Assembly: GCA_021810635.1 (NCBI GenBank)
Contig: JAJZIH010000003.1
Location: 56,301 to 120,300 of the forward strand
DNA length: 64,000 bases
Source of the DNA: Pseudomonadota bacterium
Lineage (GTDB): Bacteria > Pseudomonadota > Gammaproteobacteria > JAKAQQ01
Direction of reading: 5' to 3'
Part shown: piece by piece, positions 28,634 to 38,107 of the stretch
How the letters are laid out: each line of letters begins with the position of its first letter
Numbering within the stretch: the first letter of the stretch is position 1
Translations under genes and position numbers: made by a program
Notes under the pieces: model-generated
What the model saw: only the letters and a program-made list of their open reading frames with translations
Databases searched by the model: none
Told to the model about the DNA's origin: nothing

Positions 28634-29665
28634 TCAGGAGCCTTCCGGATCCGCCGCATCTCGGGCCTTCGGCGTCGGGGACAACGCGCAACGCCGCACG
28701 GTTTCGATAGCGTGCTCATGCGCCATGCGTCGGAATCCCGCCAGTCGTTTTCCACCCCCCTGGAGTTCGGCCTCGAGTTCCCGGGCGAAGGCCCCGGTGC
28801 GGATCTCGACCAGGAGGTCGGCCATCGCGGCCCGTGTCGCGTCCCCGATCACCCGTGGTCCCCGCGTGTAGTCCCCGTACTCGGCGGTCGTCGAGATGGC
28901 CTCACGCATGCCGGCCAAGCCCCGTGCATAAATCAGGTCCGACATGTACTTGACCTCTTCAAGGCAGCAGAAGTAGGCAATCTCCGGCTGATACCCCCCC
29001 GCCACGAGCGTTTCGAAACCCGCCGCGATCAGATGGGTCAGGCCCCCGCAGAGAATGGCTTGCTCGGCAAAGAGATCGGTCTCCGTTTCTTCTGCAAAAC
29101 TCGATTCGAACACACGCACGGGCATCCGGTTCAGGGCCTGCGCGTAGCGACGTGCCCGTTCAAGCGCATGACCGGTCGCATCTCGGGCGCAGGCGATGAC
29201 GCAGGGTGGACCCCCGCCAGATTCATAGAGGGCACGAACCTTCTCACCCACGGCGAGAGGGGCCACAAGCAGCACATCCAGATCGTTCCGGGGGATGATT
29301 TTCCGGTAATGGATATTGAACCCATGGGCAAACACGAGGGCCGTCCCCGGCCGGAGCGAATTCTCGATCTGGGCGTAAACCGCGGGCTGGGCCTCATCGG
29401 GGACGAGGAATGCGATCCACTCCGCCTCCCGCGCCAGTGTTTCCACCGGACCGGCCGCAAACCCATCCCGGTCCACCTGTTCCCGGCTCGCCGAGCCGTC
29501 GCGCAGTCCAATCCGGATCTCGACCCCCGAATCGCGCAAATTCAGGGCCTGGGCGCGCCCCTGCGAACCATAGCCCACGACGCCGACCCGCCCCCCCAGG
29601 GCGGGTCCCACCCCGCCGACCTTGCGTTCGGAGCGGTCCGGGAGAGGCGTGCCCGGACCCGTCAT
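28634..29665 (-). CDS. ilvC: Ketol-acid reductoisomerase (class I), divergent
   Basis: GYGSQG.AQALNLRDSG, FAHGFNIH, ETETDLFAEQ..LCGG, AEYGDY; some conserved residues changed (see findings). Confidence 0.88.
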   Translation of the reverse strand: MTGPGTPLPDRSERKVGGVGPALGGRVGVVGYGSQGRAQALNLRDSGVEIRIGLRDGSASREQVDRDGFAAGPVETLAREAEWIAFLVPDEAQPAVYAQIENSLRPGTALVFAHGFNIHYRKIIPRNDLDVLLVAPLAVGEKVRALYESGGGPPCVIACARDATGHALERARRYAQALNRMPVRVFESSFAEETETDLFAEQAILCGGLTHLIAAGFETLVAGGYQPEIAYFCCLEEVKYMSDLIYARGLAGMREAISTTAEYGDYTRGPRVIGDATRAAMADLLVEIRTGAFARELEAELQGGGKRLAGFRRMAHEHAIETVRRCALSPTPKARDAADPEGS

Positions 29666-29868
29666 CCGGTCACCCGTCGGCGTCCAGGATGCGCGACGGG
29701 ACCTGTCCTGGCTGCCGGAATCATGATGACCATGCCTCCATCATAGTCCATGCTCCACCGGCCCGGTTCGGTTGCGCGCTGGGGAACCTAGCAACGGAGA
29801 GACGGCCCGATCGGTCACTTCGTGTTAAATTGCCCTGAATTTTCAACTCTTGTCCACTCCGGTTCCCC

Positions 29869-31560
29869 ATGCGAACGAGCACCCTCGGACTGTTCACCCT
29901 GAAGGAAACCCCGGCCGAGGCCGAACTGGCCAGCCACCGGCTCATGCTGCGCGCCGGGATGATTCGTCCGGTTGCGGCTGGCATCTACACCTGGCTGCCG
30001 CTCGGGCTCCGGGTTCTGCGCCGCGTGGAACAGGCCGTCCGCGAGGAGATGAACCGGGCCGGTGCTGCTGAATTGCTCATGCCGGCCATCCAGCCGGCCG
30101 AACTCTGGCAGGAATCGAACCGCTGGACCAAGTACGGGCCCGAACTGCTGCGACTCACGGATCGTCATGGCCGGCTTTTCTGCTTCGGCCCCACGCACGA
30201 AGAGGTGATCACGGACCTCGCTCGCCGCGAAATCCGCTCCTACCGCGAGCTGCCGCTCACTTTCTATCAAATCCAGACGAAGTTCCGCGACGAGATCCGC
30301 CCGCGGTTCGGAGTCATGCGCGCCCGTGAATTCGTCATGAAGGACGCCTATTCCTTCCATGTTTCGGAAGCCTCCCTCCGGGAAGGCTACGACCGCATGC
30401 GGGACGCCTATCACCGGGTTTTCCAGCGGCTCGGACTTGAAGCCCGTGCGGTGGCTGCCGACTCCGGCGCGATCGGGGGCCGGTATTCCCACGAATTCCA
30501 TGTACTCGCGGAGGCCGGAGAGGACCGGCTCGCCCTTTCGGACACGGGGTCCTACGCGGCCAATGTGGAACTGGCCGAAACCCGGCCTCCCGAGGGTTCA
30601 CGGGCCCCCGCGCGCCGGCCGCTCGAAAAGGTCCGGATCGGCTCCCCGGTCCCGCCGGGTGGATCCCCGGCCGGAGGGGCCCACATCCGGATCGAACTCG
30701 TCAAAAGCCCATCCGGCGATTTTCATGCCATTGCCCTCTGCGCCGGCCACGAGCTCAATCCCGTGAAGGCGGCCCACGTCCTGGGATATGCGGAGCCGGT
30801 TTCGCCAGCCGAGTGGAACGGACGCTATCCGCAGGACGCCGCCCACCTGGGCCCCCTGGACCTGCCGTGCCCCCTCGTGGCCGACCATGCCGCCGCACAC
30901 CTCGCCGACTTTTCGGCCTGGGCCAATGCGCCGGACCAGCTCTGGCAGGGAGTCAACTGGGGCCGCGACTGCCCGGAACCTCCGGCCCATGACCTGCGGC
31001 TCGTCACGAACGGCGACCCGAGCCCGGATGGGGTCGGCCGGCTGCGCCTCGTGCGGGGAATCGAGGTTGGGCACATCTTTCAGCTCGGGACGGAGTACAG
31101 CGAGCGCCTCCATGCGTATTTCCAGGATGAATCCGGCAGCGAGAAGCCCCTGTGGATGGGTTGTTACGGCATTGGCGTGAGCCGCATCGTGGCCGCTGCG
31201 ATCGAACAGCACCACGATGAATGGGGGATCCTCTGGCCGATGCCGCTTGCCCCGTTCGACGTTGTCATCGCCCCCATCGGCGGAAAAACGTCCCCGCGGG
31301 TCTGGGAGACGGCCTGCGCCCTGGAGACCGAGCTGGAATCCCAGGGATGCCAGACCCTGCTCGACGACCGTGATCTGCGTCCGGGCTCGATGTTTGCCGA
31401 CCTCGATCTCATCGGCATCCCGCAGCGGATCGTGGTTTCGGAACGCGGGCTGGCGGAAAACCAGATCGAATGGCGCGACCGGAAAAGCCGCACCACACGG
31501 CCGCTGCCCAGGGAACGCGCGGGCGCGATGGTGCTCGACCGGATGCGCACCTCCTCCTGA
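29869..31560 (+). CDS. proS: Proline--tRNA ligase
   Basis: SHRLMLRAGMIR, GPTHEE, QIQTKFRDEIRPRFGVMRAREF, GIEVGHIFQLG, MGCYGIGVSR. Confidence 0.98.
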   Translation: MRTSTLGLFTLKETPAEAELASHRLMLRAGMIRPVAAGIYTWLPLGLRVLRRVEQAVREEMNRAGAAELLMPAIQPAELWQESNRWTKYGPELLRLTDRHGRLFCFGPTHEEVITDLARREIRSYRELPLTFYQIQTKFRDEIRPRFGVMRAREFVMKDAYSFHVSEASLREGYDRMRDAYHRVFQRLGLEARAVAADSGAIGGRYSHEFHVLAEAGEDRLALSDTGSYAANVELAETRPPEGSRAPARRPLEKVRIGSPVPPGGSPAGGAHIRIELVKSPSGDFHAIALCAGHELNPVKAAHVLGYAEPVSPAEWNGRYPQDAAHLGPLDLPCPLVADHAAAHLADFSAWANAPDQLWQGVNWGRDCPEPPAHDLRLVTNGDPSPDGVGRLRLVRGIEVGHIFQLGTEYSERLHAYFQDESGSEKPLWMGCYGIGVSRIVAAAIEQHHDEWGILWPMPLAPFDVVIAPIGGKTSPRVWETACALETELESQGCQTLLDDRDLRPGSMFADLDLIGIPQRIVVSERGLAENQIEWRDRKSRTTRPLPRERAGAMVLDRMRTSS

Positions 31561-31561
31561 G

Positions 31562-32140
31562 ATGTCAGTCCGGCATTTGAGACGGGTGGGACTTGTGCTC
31601 GCACTCCTCGCGGGGGCCGTGCGAGCGGGGCCCGCGCCGCGTCACAACCCGGCGCTCGACCGTGACCTGCTCAAGGCTTTTGCCGAACGCAGAACCGGAT
31701 TCCACAACCCGATCGTGGCCCGCGTCTGGCTCCGGGTCATGTCGCACCGGCTGCGACCCTACGTGTCCAATCCCCAAGACCGCATCCGCCTGCTGCTCGC
31801 CGTCCACGCCGAGGCGGTCGAGGCCCAAGTCTCTCCCGAACTCGTGCTGGCGATCATCAACACGGAAAGCGACTTCCACCGCTTTGCCGTTTCCTCCACC
31901 GGGGCCCAGGGGCTCATGCAAATCATGCCGTTCTGGCTCCGTGAGATTGGCCGGCCCGGAGACAATCTGTTCCGGATGCGCACCAACCTCAGGATCGGAT
32001 GCACCATCCTGCACTATTACCTCCGGCGAGCCCACGGCGACTATGCGCTGGCCCTCCAGGACTACTACGGCCAGCGGGATGGCCTCCGCTACGAACAACG
32101 CGTCCTCATGCTTCTCACCGACCGCTGGTATTGGCACTGA
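31562..32140 (+). CDS. SLT-domain lytic transglycosylase
   Basis: LVLAII.TES.F.RFAVS..GAQGLMQIMPFW, TNLR.GC.IL; commonly follows proS. Confidence 0.92.
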   Translation: MSVRHLRRVGLVLALLAGAVRAGPAPRHNPALDRDLLKAFAERRTGFHNPIVARVWLRVMSHRLRPYVSNPQDRIRLLLAVHAEAVEAQVSPELVLAIINTESDFHRFAVSSTGAQGLMQIMPFWLREIGRPGDNLFRMRTNLRIGCTILHYYLRRAHGDYALALQDYYGQRDGLRYEQRVLMLLTDRWYWH

Positions 32141-32269
32141 TCGCGGGCACATGCCGGTCAGCTGGATCAGAGAGGTCGACCCACGGAAACCCGGCTCGCG
32201 GCAGATTGGGTCACGTTCCGCATCTTCATTCCAGAGAATCATCCGCAAGGGCCCTGACCTCGGGCTGGT

Positions 32270-32590
32270 TCCCCTGCCACCTGCATCGCCGGCAACGACA
32301 CCCACACATCATGCGCAGCTTCTTTCAGAAAGAACCTGTGCGCTGCGCCGCCACTGACTCAGCAGTCCGTAATATAGGCAACAGTTGGATGTTGAAAGAA
32401 CGATCGAATCAGGGCCGGCTGGCGCGCCAGGTCGGCGAGTGGTGCCTGCACCCGATCGGCGAGTTTCTCCCCGGCGTACAGCGGTTGCGCGCGCTGCCGG
32501 TGCGCTTGGCCTAGCTCCAGACCCGTTCATCGGGGTTGAGGTCGGGGGCTTAACCGGGCAGGAAGTACAGGGTCAACTGGCCGCGTCCTC
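32270..32590. pseudogene. Two tail-to-tail IS630-family C-terminal remnants
   Basis: - strand 32359-32590: LYFLPG*APDLNPDERVWS*AKR...LIRSFFQHPTVAYITDC*; + strand about 32280-32350: LHRRQRHPHIMRSFFQKEPVRCAA. Confidence 0.7.
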
Positions 32591-32756
32591 CCTGTTAAAC
32601 TGGCAACACCTTGCGACAATAATCCATTCGACAAACGGCTCATGGGGTACCTGTCTTTGCTCTTTAAATTCGCGAGGGAAGGTGTCTCACATCATATTGG
32701 CACAGGGGGGGCCGTGCGCTACACTGATTGTTTCGCTTCTTCTATCTGGAGTTGCT

Positions 32757-34124
32757 ATGCCACTGATTAAGGGAACCCCCTACGAAGTGGAATCGTCGCA
32801 GCTTGCCCTACTCATGGAAATTGGGCAGCGCGTTTCATCGATGCGCGCAACGGGATCGTTAACTTCCGAAGTGTTGAATACGATCCGAAAATACTTTCGC
32901 ATTAAGAATATATATCACTCGAACGCGATTGAAGGAAATTCGCTGAATGTCGGCGAAACGCGAACCGTCGTAGAGCTTGGTCTCACAATTACTGGGAAGC
33001 CGCTAAAGGATCAAGCCGAAGCGAAGAACCTGTCGGCGGCCCTCGACTTTCTTGAAGAGCTTGCAGCAAATCCCAGTCGCCCTATTAACGAGTCCGATGT
33101 CCGTCAAATTCATCTGCTGGTACTCAAGGGCATCAATGACAACGACGCAGGCAGATATAGATCGATAAATGTCGAAATCGGAGGCTCCCAGTTCAAACCG
33201 CCCGCGCCGGAATCTGTAGCAGGTGAAATGGATCAGTTCGGTCAGTGGCTACGAAAGGCTAGTGTTCCCGGCGATTTATTCGAATACGAAGAGGCAATAT
33301 TGGCCGCCAGTGCGGCACATACCTGGTTCGTTACTATCCATCCATTCATTGATGGGAACGGTCGGGTGGCAAGGTTGCTGATGAACCTCGTCCTTATGCG
33401 TTTTCGATTTCCCATCGCTGTGATCACTAGAGAAGATCGCCTCAGGTACTACGACGCCCTAGAGTTTTCACAGGCCTCAGATTTAACACCTTTCGTTTCC
33501 TTAATTGCCGAGTGTGTCGAAGAGAGTCTAGAGGAATACGAAGAGGCCGCCAACGAGCAGAGGGAAAAGATCGAATGGGCTGAGTCTCTCGCTAGCAAGT
33601 TCGACCAGAAAGAAAAGACCCGCGCCTCAAATCAATACGAGGTCTGGAAGAATGCAATGGAGCTTCTAAAAAGCCTATTCAAACAGAATGTGGAAATTCT
33701 TGGTGCAAGAAGCAATCTAGGCGACGTTTACTTTCGAGACTTCGGTATGCTTGAGTTCGAGAAATATCTATCACTCAAGAACTTCAGCTCTGCCAAGAAG
33801 ACATGGTTTTTCCGGCTCGATTTCCGCAGCGGGGCGCGCGCTAGTCGCTACCTGTTCTTCTTCGGATCGCCCAGCCACGCAATGAAAAACAAGGCTGACG
33901 TAACGCTACATATCAGCCGCGAGGAACCGCCGGGATCATTCCACTACGAGAAACTTGATGCTTTGTCTGCTCCAAATGTCCCATCCTTCGCCGAGATCGG
34001 ATACAAGTTTGACGAGGAAGCCTTTGTGGTGAGGACCAAGGATGGAAATATGTGCACAGAAAAGGTGGAGTTTGTTTCCAGGCGGTTCATCCAAGATGTC
34101 GTCGAGATGAATTTCGGTGGCTAA
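32757..34124 (+). CDS. Fic-domain protein (class II) with C-terminal extension
   Basis: HPFIDGNGRVAR catalytic motif; SNAIEGN inhibitory helix; visibly more AT-rich than flanks; start ATG 32757. Confidence 0.92.
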   Translation: MPLIKGTPYEVESSQLALLMEIGQRVSSMRATGSLTSEVLNTIRKYFRIKNIYHSNAIEGNSLNVGETRTVVELGLTITGKPLKDQAEAKNLSAALDFLEELAANPSRPINESDVRQIHLLVLKGINDNDAGRYRSINVEIGGSQFKPPAPESVAGEMDQFGQWLRKASVPGDLFEYEEAILAASAAHTWFVTIHPFIDGNGRVARLLMNLVLMRFRFPIAVITREDRLRYYDALEFSQASDLTPFVSLIAECVEESLEEYEEAANEQREKIEWAESLASKFDQKEKTRASNQYEVWKNAMELLKSLFKQNVEILGARSNLGDVYFRDFGMLEFEKYLSLKNFSSAKKTWFFRLDFRSGARASRYLFFFGSPSHAMKNKADVTLHISREEPPGSFHYEKLDALSAPNVPSFAEIGYKFDEEAFVVRTKDGNMCTEKVEFVSRRFIQDVVEMNFGG

Positions 34125-34176
34125 CCCATCGTTGCAGGGGACGCCCCGCCGCGGAGTGCGGCTTCATGGTAGCGGG
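34119..34176 (+). other. Left half of an attC-like integron cassette site
   Basis: Stop codon lies inside GGCTAAC, followed by CCATCGTTGCAGGGGACGCCCCGC...GCGGG; interrupted by an IS256 end. Confidence 0.55.
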
Positions 34177-34811
34177 GGTTGTGTGTGTCAAGTTGTACAA
34201 ATTCATTTTTGTATGAAGGACGGTTTCATCAGGCTGCTGCCCGTAGCTGTTCGCGGCGCTGCGCTTCAAGCAGATCCATATTGAGATAGCGGTTGTCTTC
34301 AAGCCAGGTCTCATTGGTTTCGACGCACAGGGCCCGCATCAGGCGCAGGCAGGACTCGGGGATGCCCCCCCTGCACATACATCTCGGTGAGGGCTGCGAC
34401 GAACGCTTTTTCCGAGCGCTGGTAGCGTTCAAAGAGGGCTGTCTGGAACGGGCCGTTGCGATCCCGCGGCACCCGGAGCTCGAGCTTCCCAATACGGGTC
34501 ACCAGGCCCCGCTCCTAATGGCCGGCCCGGTAGCCCTGGCGCCCTTCCTGGCGTTCGTGGGGACCGGCCCCCAAGAGTTCCGTCATCTCGGCCTCGAGGA
34601 CTTCCTGGAGAGCTTCTTTCATCAGGGATTTCATCCAATCCCGGTCTTCCGTCACCAGGCTAGGACTTTGAGGTCGATCGGGTTGGCGCTATGCTGTTTA
34701 ACGGTCATGGTATGGTCCCTCCGACGGGATTTGGGGTTGATCTCTGCAATCTCCCTCATGCCATGACCGCTTCCACAGTTCAAGAATTTGCACATAAACC
34801 CGTACACTACC
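34177..34811 (-). mobile_element. IS256-family element, internally deleted
   Basis: TRIGKLELRVPRDRNG.FQTALFERYQRSEKA...EMYVQG joined to C-terminal ESCLRLMRALCVE; imperfect terminal IRs GGTTGTGT...TACAAATTC / GGTAGTGT...TGCAAATTC. Confidence 0.85.
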
Positions 34812-34978
34812 GGCGCCGGCGCCCTCCCCCCTGACCCTGGTTTTCATGCTGGCCGGCATCGGGTTCCTGCTCCCGATCCTCCTCCGTCTACGACGGCTAC
34901 CAGTCCCTCGTCTTCCGGGGCAAGGTCAGGAGCAGCCCCGACTCGCCCTGACGGGGGCAACCCCGAACCCCTACAGGG

Positions 34979-37900
34979 TCAGAGGGACGGGGCCGGGATG
35001 CTGGCCGTCGGCTGTCCTTGACCGGCCGGATGGAGCCGGGCGGAAAGCCGGTCCATGGCGACGTAGAAGGCGGGTGTGATGTAGAGGGTGAGCGCTTGCG
35101 AGAACACGAGCCCGCCCACCACCGCGATGCCGAGCGGACGCCGAGAGGCCCCGCCGGGACCGAATCCGATCGCGATCGGCAGGGTGCCCAGAATGGCGGC
35201 CAGTGTCGTCATCAGAATAGGTCGGAAACGCACCACGCAGGCTTCGACGATAGCCTCCGGCGCACTGGCGCCCGACCGACGACGGTCGATGGCGAAATCG
35301 ATCATGATGATTCCGTTCTTCTTGACCAGTCCAACCAGCATGATGAGTCCGACAAAGCTGTAGATGTTGAGTTGCTGGTTGAACAGGATGAGGCTCAGGA
35401 GTGCACCCACCATGGCCAGGGGTAGGGCGGTCAGGATCGTGATGGGGTGGATGAAATGCTCGTAGAGGATGGCCAACACCATGTAGATCACGAGGATCGT
35501 GATCAACAGGAGCACCGGCAGGTCGACGAGCGATTTCTGGAAGGTCTGTGCGCTGCCAGCGAAAACCCCGGTAATCCCCGAAGGCAGCCGCGCCCGGGCC
35601 AGTGCCTCGATCCGGCGGGTGGCCTGCCCGAGTGACGTTCCGGGTGCCAGGTTGAAGGAGAAGGTGACCGAAGGCAGCTGTTCGTAGTGATCGACTTCGA
35701 GCGGGCTAATGCCCGCCCGGATGCGGGCGACCGCCGGCAGGGGAACGAGGGTGCCATTCGCTCCGGGGACGTTCAGGACGTTCAGGGCCGCCATGTTGCG
35801 CTGGTAGGGCGGAGCCAGCTGCGCAATCACGGGATATTCGTTCGAGGCCCCGTAGATCAGGCTGATCTGGTTGCCCCCGAAGGCATCATCCAAGGTCTCC
35901 TGGATGGCCTGGGCGGTCACCCCGAGCAGCGAGGCCCTCTGCCGGAGGATCCGGATGTTGATTTCCGGGTTATTGAGCTGGAGACTCGAACTCACGCTCT
36001 GGATACCGGGCACCCGTCGCAACTCGGGCAGGAAGCGGGTGGCCGCCCGGTTCAACGCCTTCACGCTCAGTGCCTGCAGCAAGTAGTCGTAAGAGCCGTT
36101 TCCACCCAGCGCCCCGATGCTGATGGCAGGCGGAATACGGAAAAAAACCTGCAGCCGGTGGACCTTCCGCACCGACCGGCGGAGCTCTTGGATGACCTGA
36201 TTGGCACTCACACTGCGCTGACTTTTCAGCATGAAGAAAAAACGGCCGATGTTGCCGCCGGCCGTGCCACCCTCTCCCTGTCCCACACTGGAGATGATGC
36301 GGGCGACAGCGGGATTGGCCTCAACGATGCGCACCACTCGCTCCTGCAGGTGGCGCATCTGATGGAAGGTAATTCCCTCGGGTGCCTGTGTCGCGGCAAG
36401 CACCAGACCGGTGTCTTCCTGGGGAATGAATCCCTTGGGCACGATGGTAAAAAAGTAGAAGGTCAGCGCGAGCATGACGCCGGCGACCCCGAGCATGGTC
36501 CGCCAGTGTTCCACGGCCCAGGTCAGGGTGCTGGCATAAAACGCCCGCACTTTTTCAAACCACGCCTCGAAGAGTCGCTGCATTCGGTTGGTCGTCACCA
36601 TTTCCTGGAGGAAGCGGCTGCACAGCATGGGAGTCAGGGTGAGCGAGACCACACCTGAAAGAAGAATGGCGATGGCCACCGTGATGGCAAACTCCCGGAA
36701 TAGCCGCCCCAGAATCCCTCCCATGAGGAGGATCGGCAGGAAGACGGCCGCCAGGGAGAGCGTCATCGAAACCACCGTGAAACCGATTTCCTGGGTGCCC
36801 AGAAGGGCGGCCCGGAACACGGGTTCGCCCATCTCCCGGTGGCGGATGATGTTTTCCAAAACCACGATGGCATCGTCCACGACGAAAGCCACCGCCAGCG
36901 TAAGCCCCATGAGCGACAGGTTGTCGAGCCCGAAACCCAGGAGTTTCATGAACGCAAAGGTTCCGATAATCGAGGTCGGCAGCGCCAGAGCCGCAATCAG
37001 CGTGGCCCGGAGATTGCGCAGAAAGATGAAAATGACGAGCGTGACGAACAGAATCGAGAGCAGAAGCGTCAGCTTGACTTCTCGGATCGAGAGATTCACG
37101 AACTCTGCATGGTCGTGAAAGATCTGGAGCCGAGCGTCTCCCGGCGCCTGCTTCGACAGGGTGGAAATCACCTTGTGCAGTTCCTTGGAAATGGTGACGG
37201 CGTTCGAGCCGGGCTGGCGCTGGACCGCCAGCATGATCGAATGCATCCTCCGCCCGTGTTCGAAAGCCTTGTTGATAAAGTAGGTGACCTGCTTGTTGGC
37301 CTCGACGCTGTTCACCGCTCGCCCGAGACTGGAGAGCTTGACCGGGGCCCCATTCTGGTAGGTGACTACGAGATTGTTGTAGGCCTTTGCGTTCCGCAGC
37401 TGGCCCAGGGCCTGCACCATGTAGGTCCGGGTCGAACCGTAGAGGGTGCCCGCCGGCAAGTTGGTGTTGCCGCTCTGCACCGCCTGCACCACCTGGACCA
37501 GGGTCAGGTGGCGGGCGTCTAACTCGTAAGGGTTGAGCTCTAGGCGGACCGCGTATTTCTCCCCGCCGAATACGTTCACTTCGGAAACGCCGGACAGCAT
37601 GGAAATCTGCTCGGCCACACGGGTCTCTGCATAGTTGTCGAGTGTGGTCATCGGCAGGTGCCGAGCCGTCATCGTGAGGAAGATGATCGGCGAGGCGGTC
37701 GGATTGGCCTCGTGCAGGACCGGCGGCTGGGGCATCTCGGGCGGCAGCTGGCCGAGCGCCTGGGAGATGGCGGCCTGGACCAGCATGGCCGCGCTGTTGA
37801 TGTTTTTCGACAGGCGGAATTGGAGCGTGATCGAGGTATTGCCGGTCGTATTGACCGAGCTCATCGTCCGCAACCCGTCGATGGTCGAGAACTGGCGTTC

Positions 37901-38107
37901 AAGCGGCGTTGCCACCGAGGAGGCCATGGTCTCCGGATTGGCTCCGGGGAGATTCGCGTAGACGTTGATCGTGGGAAATTCGACGGGTGGTAGCTCACTC
38001 ACCGGCAGGCTGAAATAGGAGACGAGTCCGAAGATCACCAGCGCGGTCATGACGACCGTCGTCATGACCGGACGATGGATGAAAACCGACGACGGATTGA
38101 CTTTCAT
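34979..38107 (-). CDS. Multidrug RND permease, MdtB/MdtC-like
   Basis: FIHRPV.TT, PGANPETMASSVATPLERQF, FVVDDAIVVLEN, GLVKKNGI, RFRPILMTT. Confidence 0.95.
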   Translation of the reverse strand: MKVNPSSVFIHRPVMTTVVMTALVIFGLVSYFSLPVSELPPVEFPTINVYANLPGANPETMASSVATPLERQFSTIDGLRTMSSVNTTGNTSITLQFRLSKNINSAAMLVQAAISQALGQLPPEMPQPPVLHEANPTASPIIFLTMTARHLPMTTLDNYAETRVAEQISMLSGVSEVNVFGGEKYAVRLELNPYELDARHLTLVQVVQAVQSGNTNLPAGTLYGSTRTYMVQALGQLRNAKAYNNLVVTYQNGAPVKLSSLGRAVNSVEANKQVTYFINKAFEHGRRMHSIMLAVQRQPGSNAVTISKELHKVISTLSKQAPGDARLQIFHDHAEFVNLSIREVKLTLLLSILFVTLVIFIFLRNLRATLIAALALPTSIIGTFAFMKLLGFGLDNLSLMGLTLAVAFVVDDAIVVLENIIRHREMGEPVFRAALLGTQEIGFTVVSMTLSLAAVFLPILLMGGILGRLFREFAITVAIAILLSGVVSLTLTPMLCSRFLQEMVTTNRMQRLFEAWFEKVRAFYASTLTWAVEHWRTMLGVAGVMLALTFYFFTIVPKGFIPQEDTGLVLAATQAPEGITFHQMRHLQERVVRIVEANPAVARIISSVGQGEGGTAGGNIGRFFFMLKSQRSVSANQVIQELRRSVRKVHRLQVFFRIPPAISIGALGGNGSYDYLLQALSVKALNRAATRFLPELRRVPGIQSVSSSLQLNNPEINIRILRQRASLLGVTAQAIQETLDDAFGGNQISLIYGASNEYPVIAQLAPPYQRNMAALNVLNVPGANGTLVPLPAVARIRAGISPLEVDHYEQLPSVTFSFNLAPGTSLGQATRRIEALARARLPSGITGVFAGSAQTFQKSLVDLPVLLLITILVIYMVLAILYEHFIHPITILTALPLAMVGALLSLILFNQQLNIYSFVGLIMLVGLVKKNGIIMIDFAIDRRRSGASAPEAIVEACVVRFRPILMTTLAAILGTLPIAIGFGPGGASRRPLGIAVVGGLVFSQALTLYITPAFYVAMDRLSARLHPAGQGQPTASIPAPSL

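Noticed and set aside
32385..32756. 124-aa N-terminal extension of the Fic ORF
   Set aside because: It is antisense read-through of an IS630 remnant; GGAG plus ATG at 32757 is the better start
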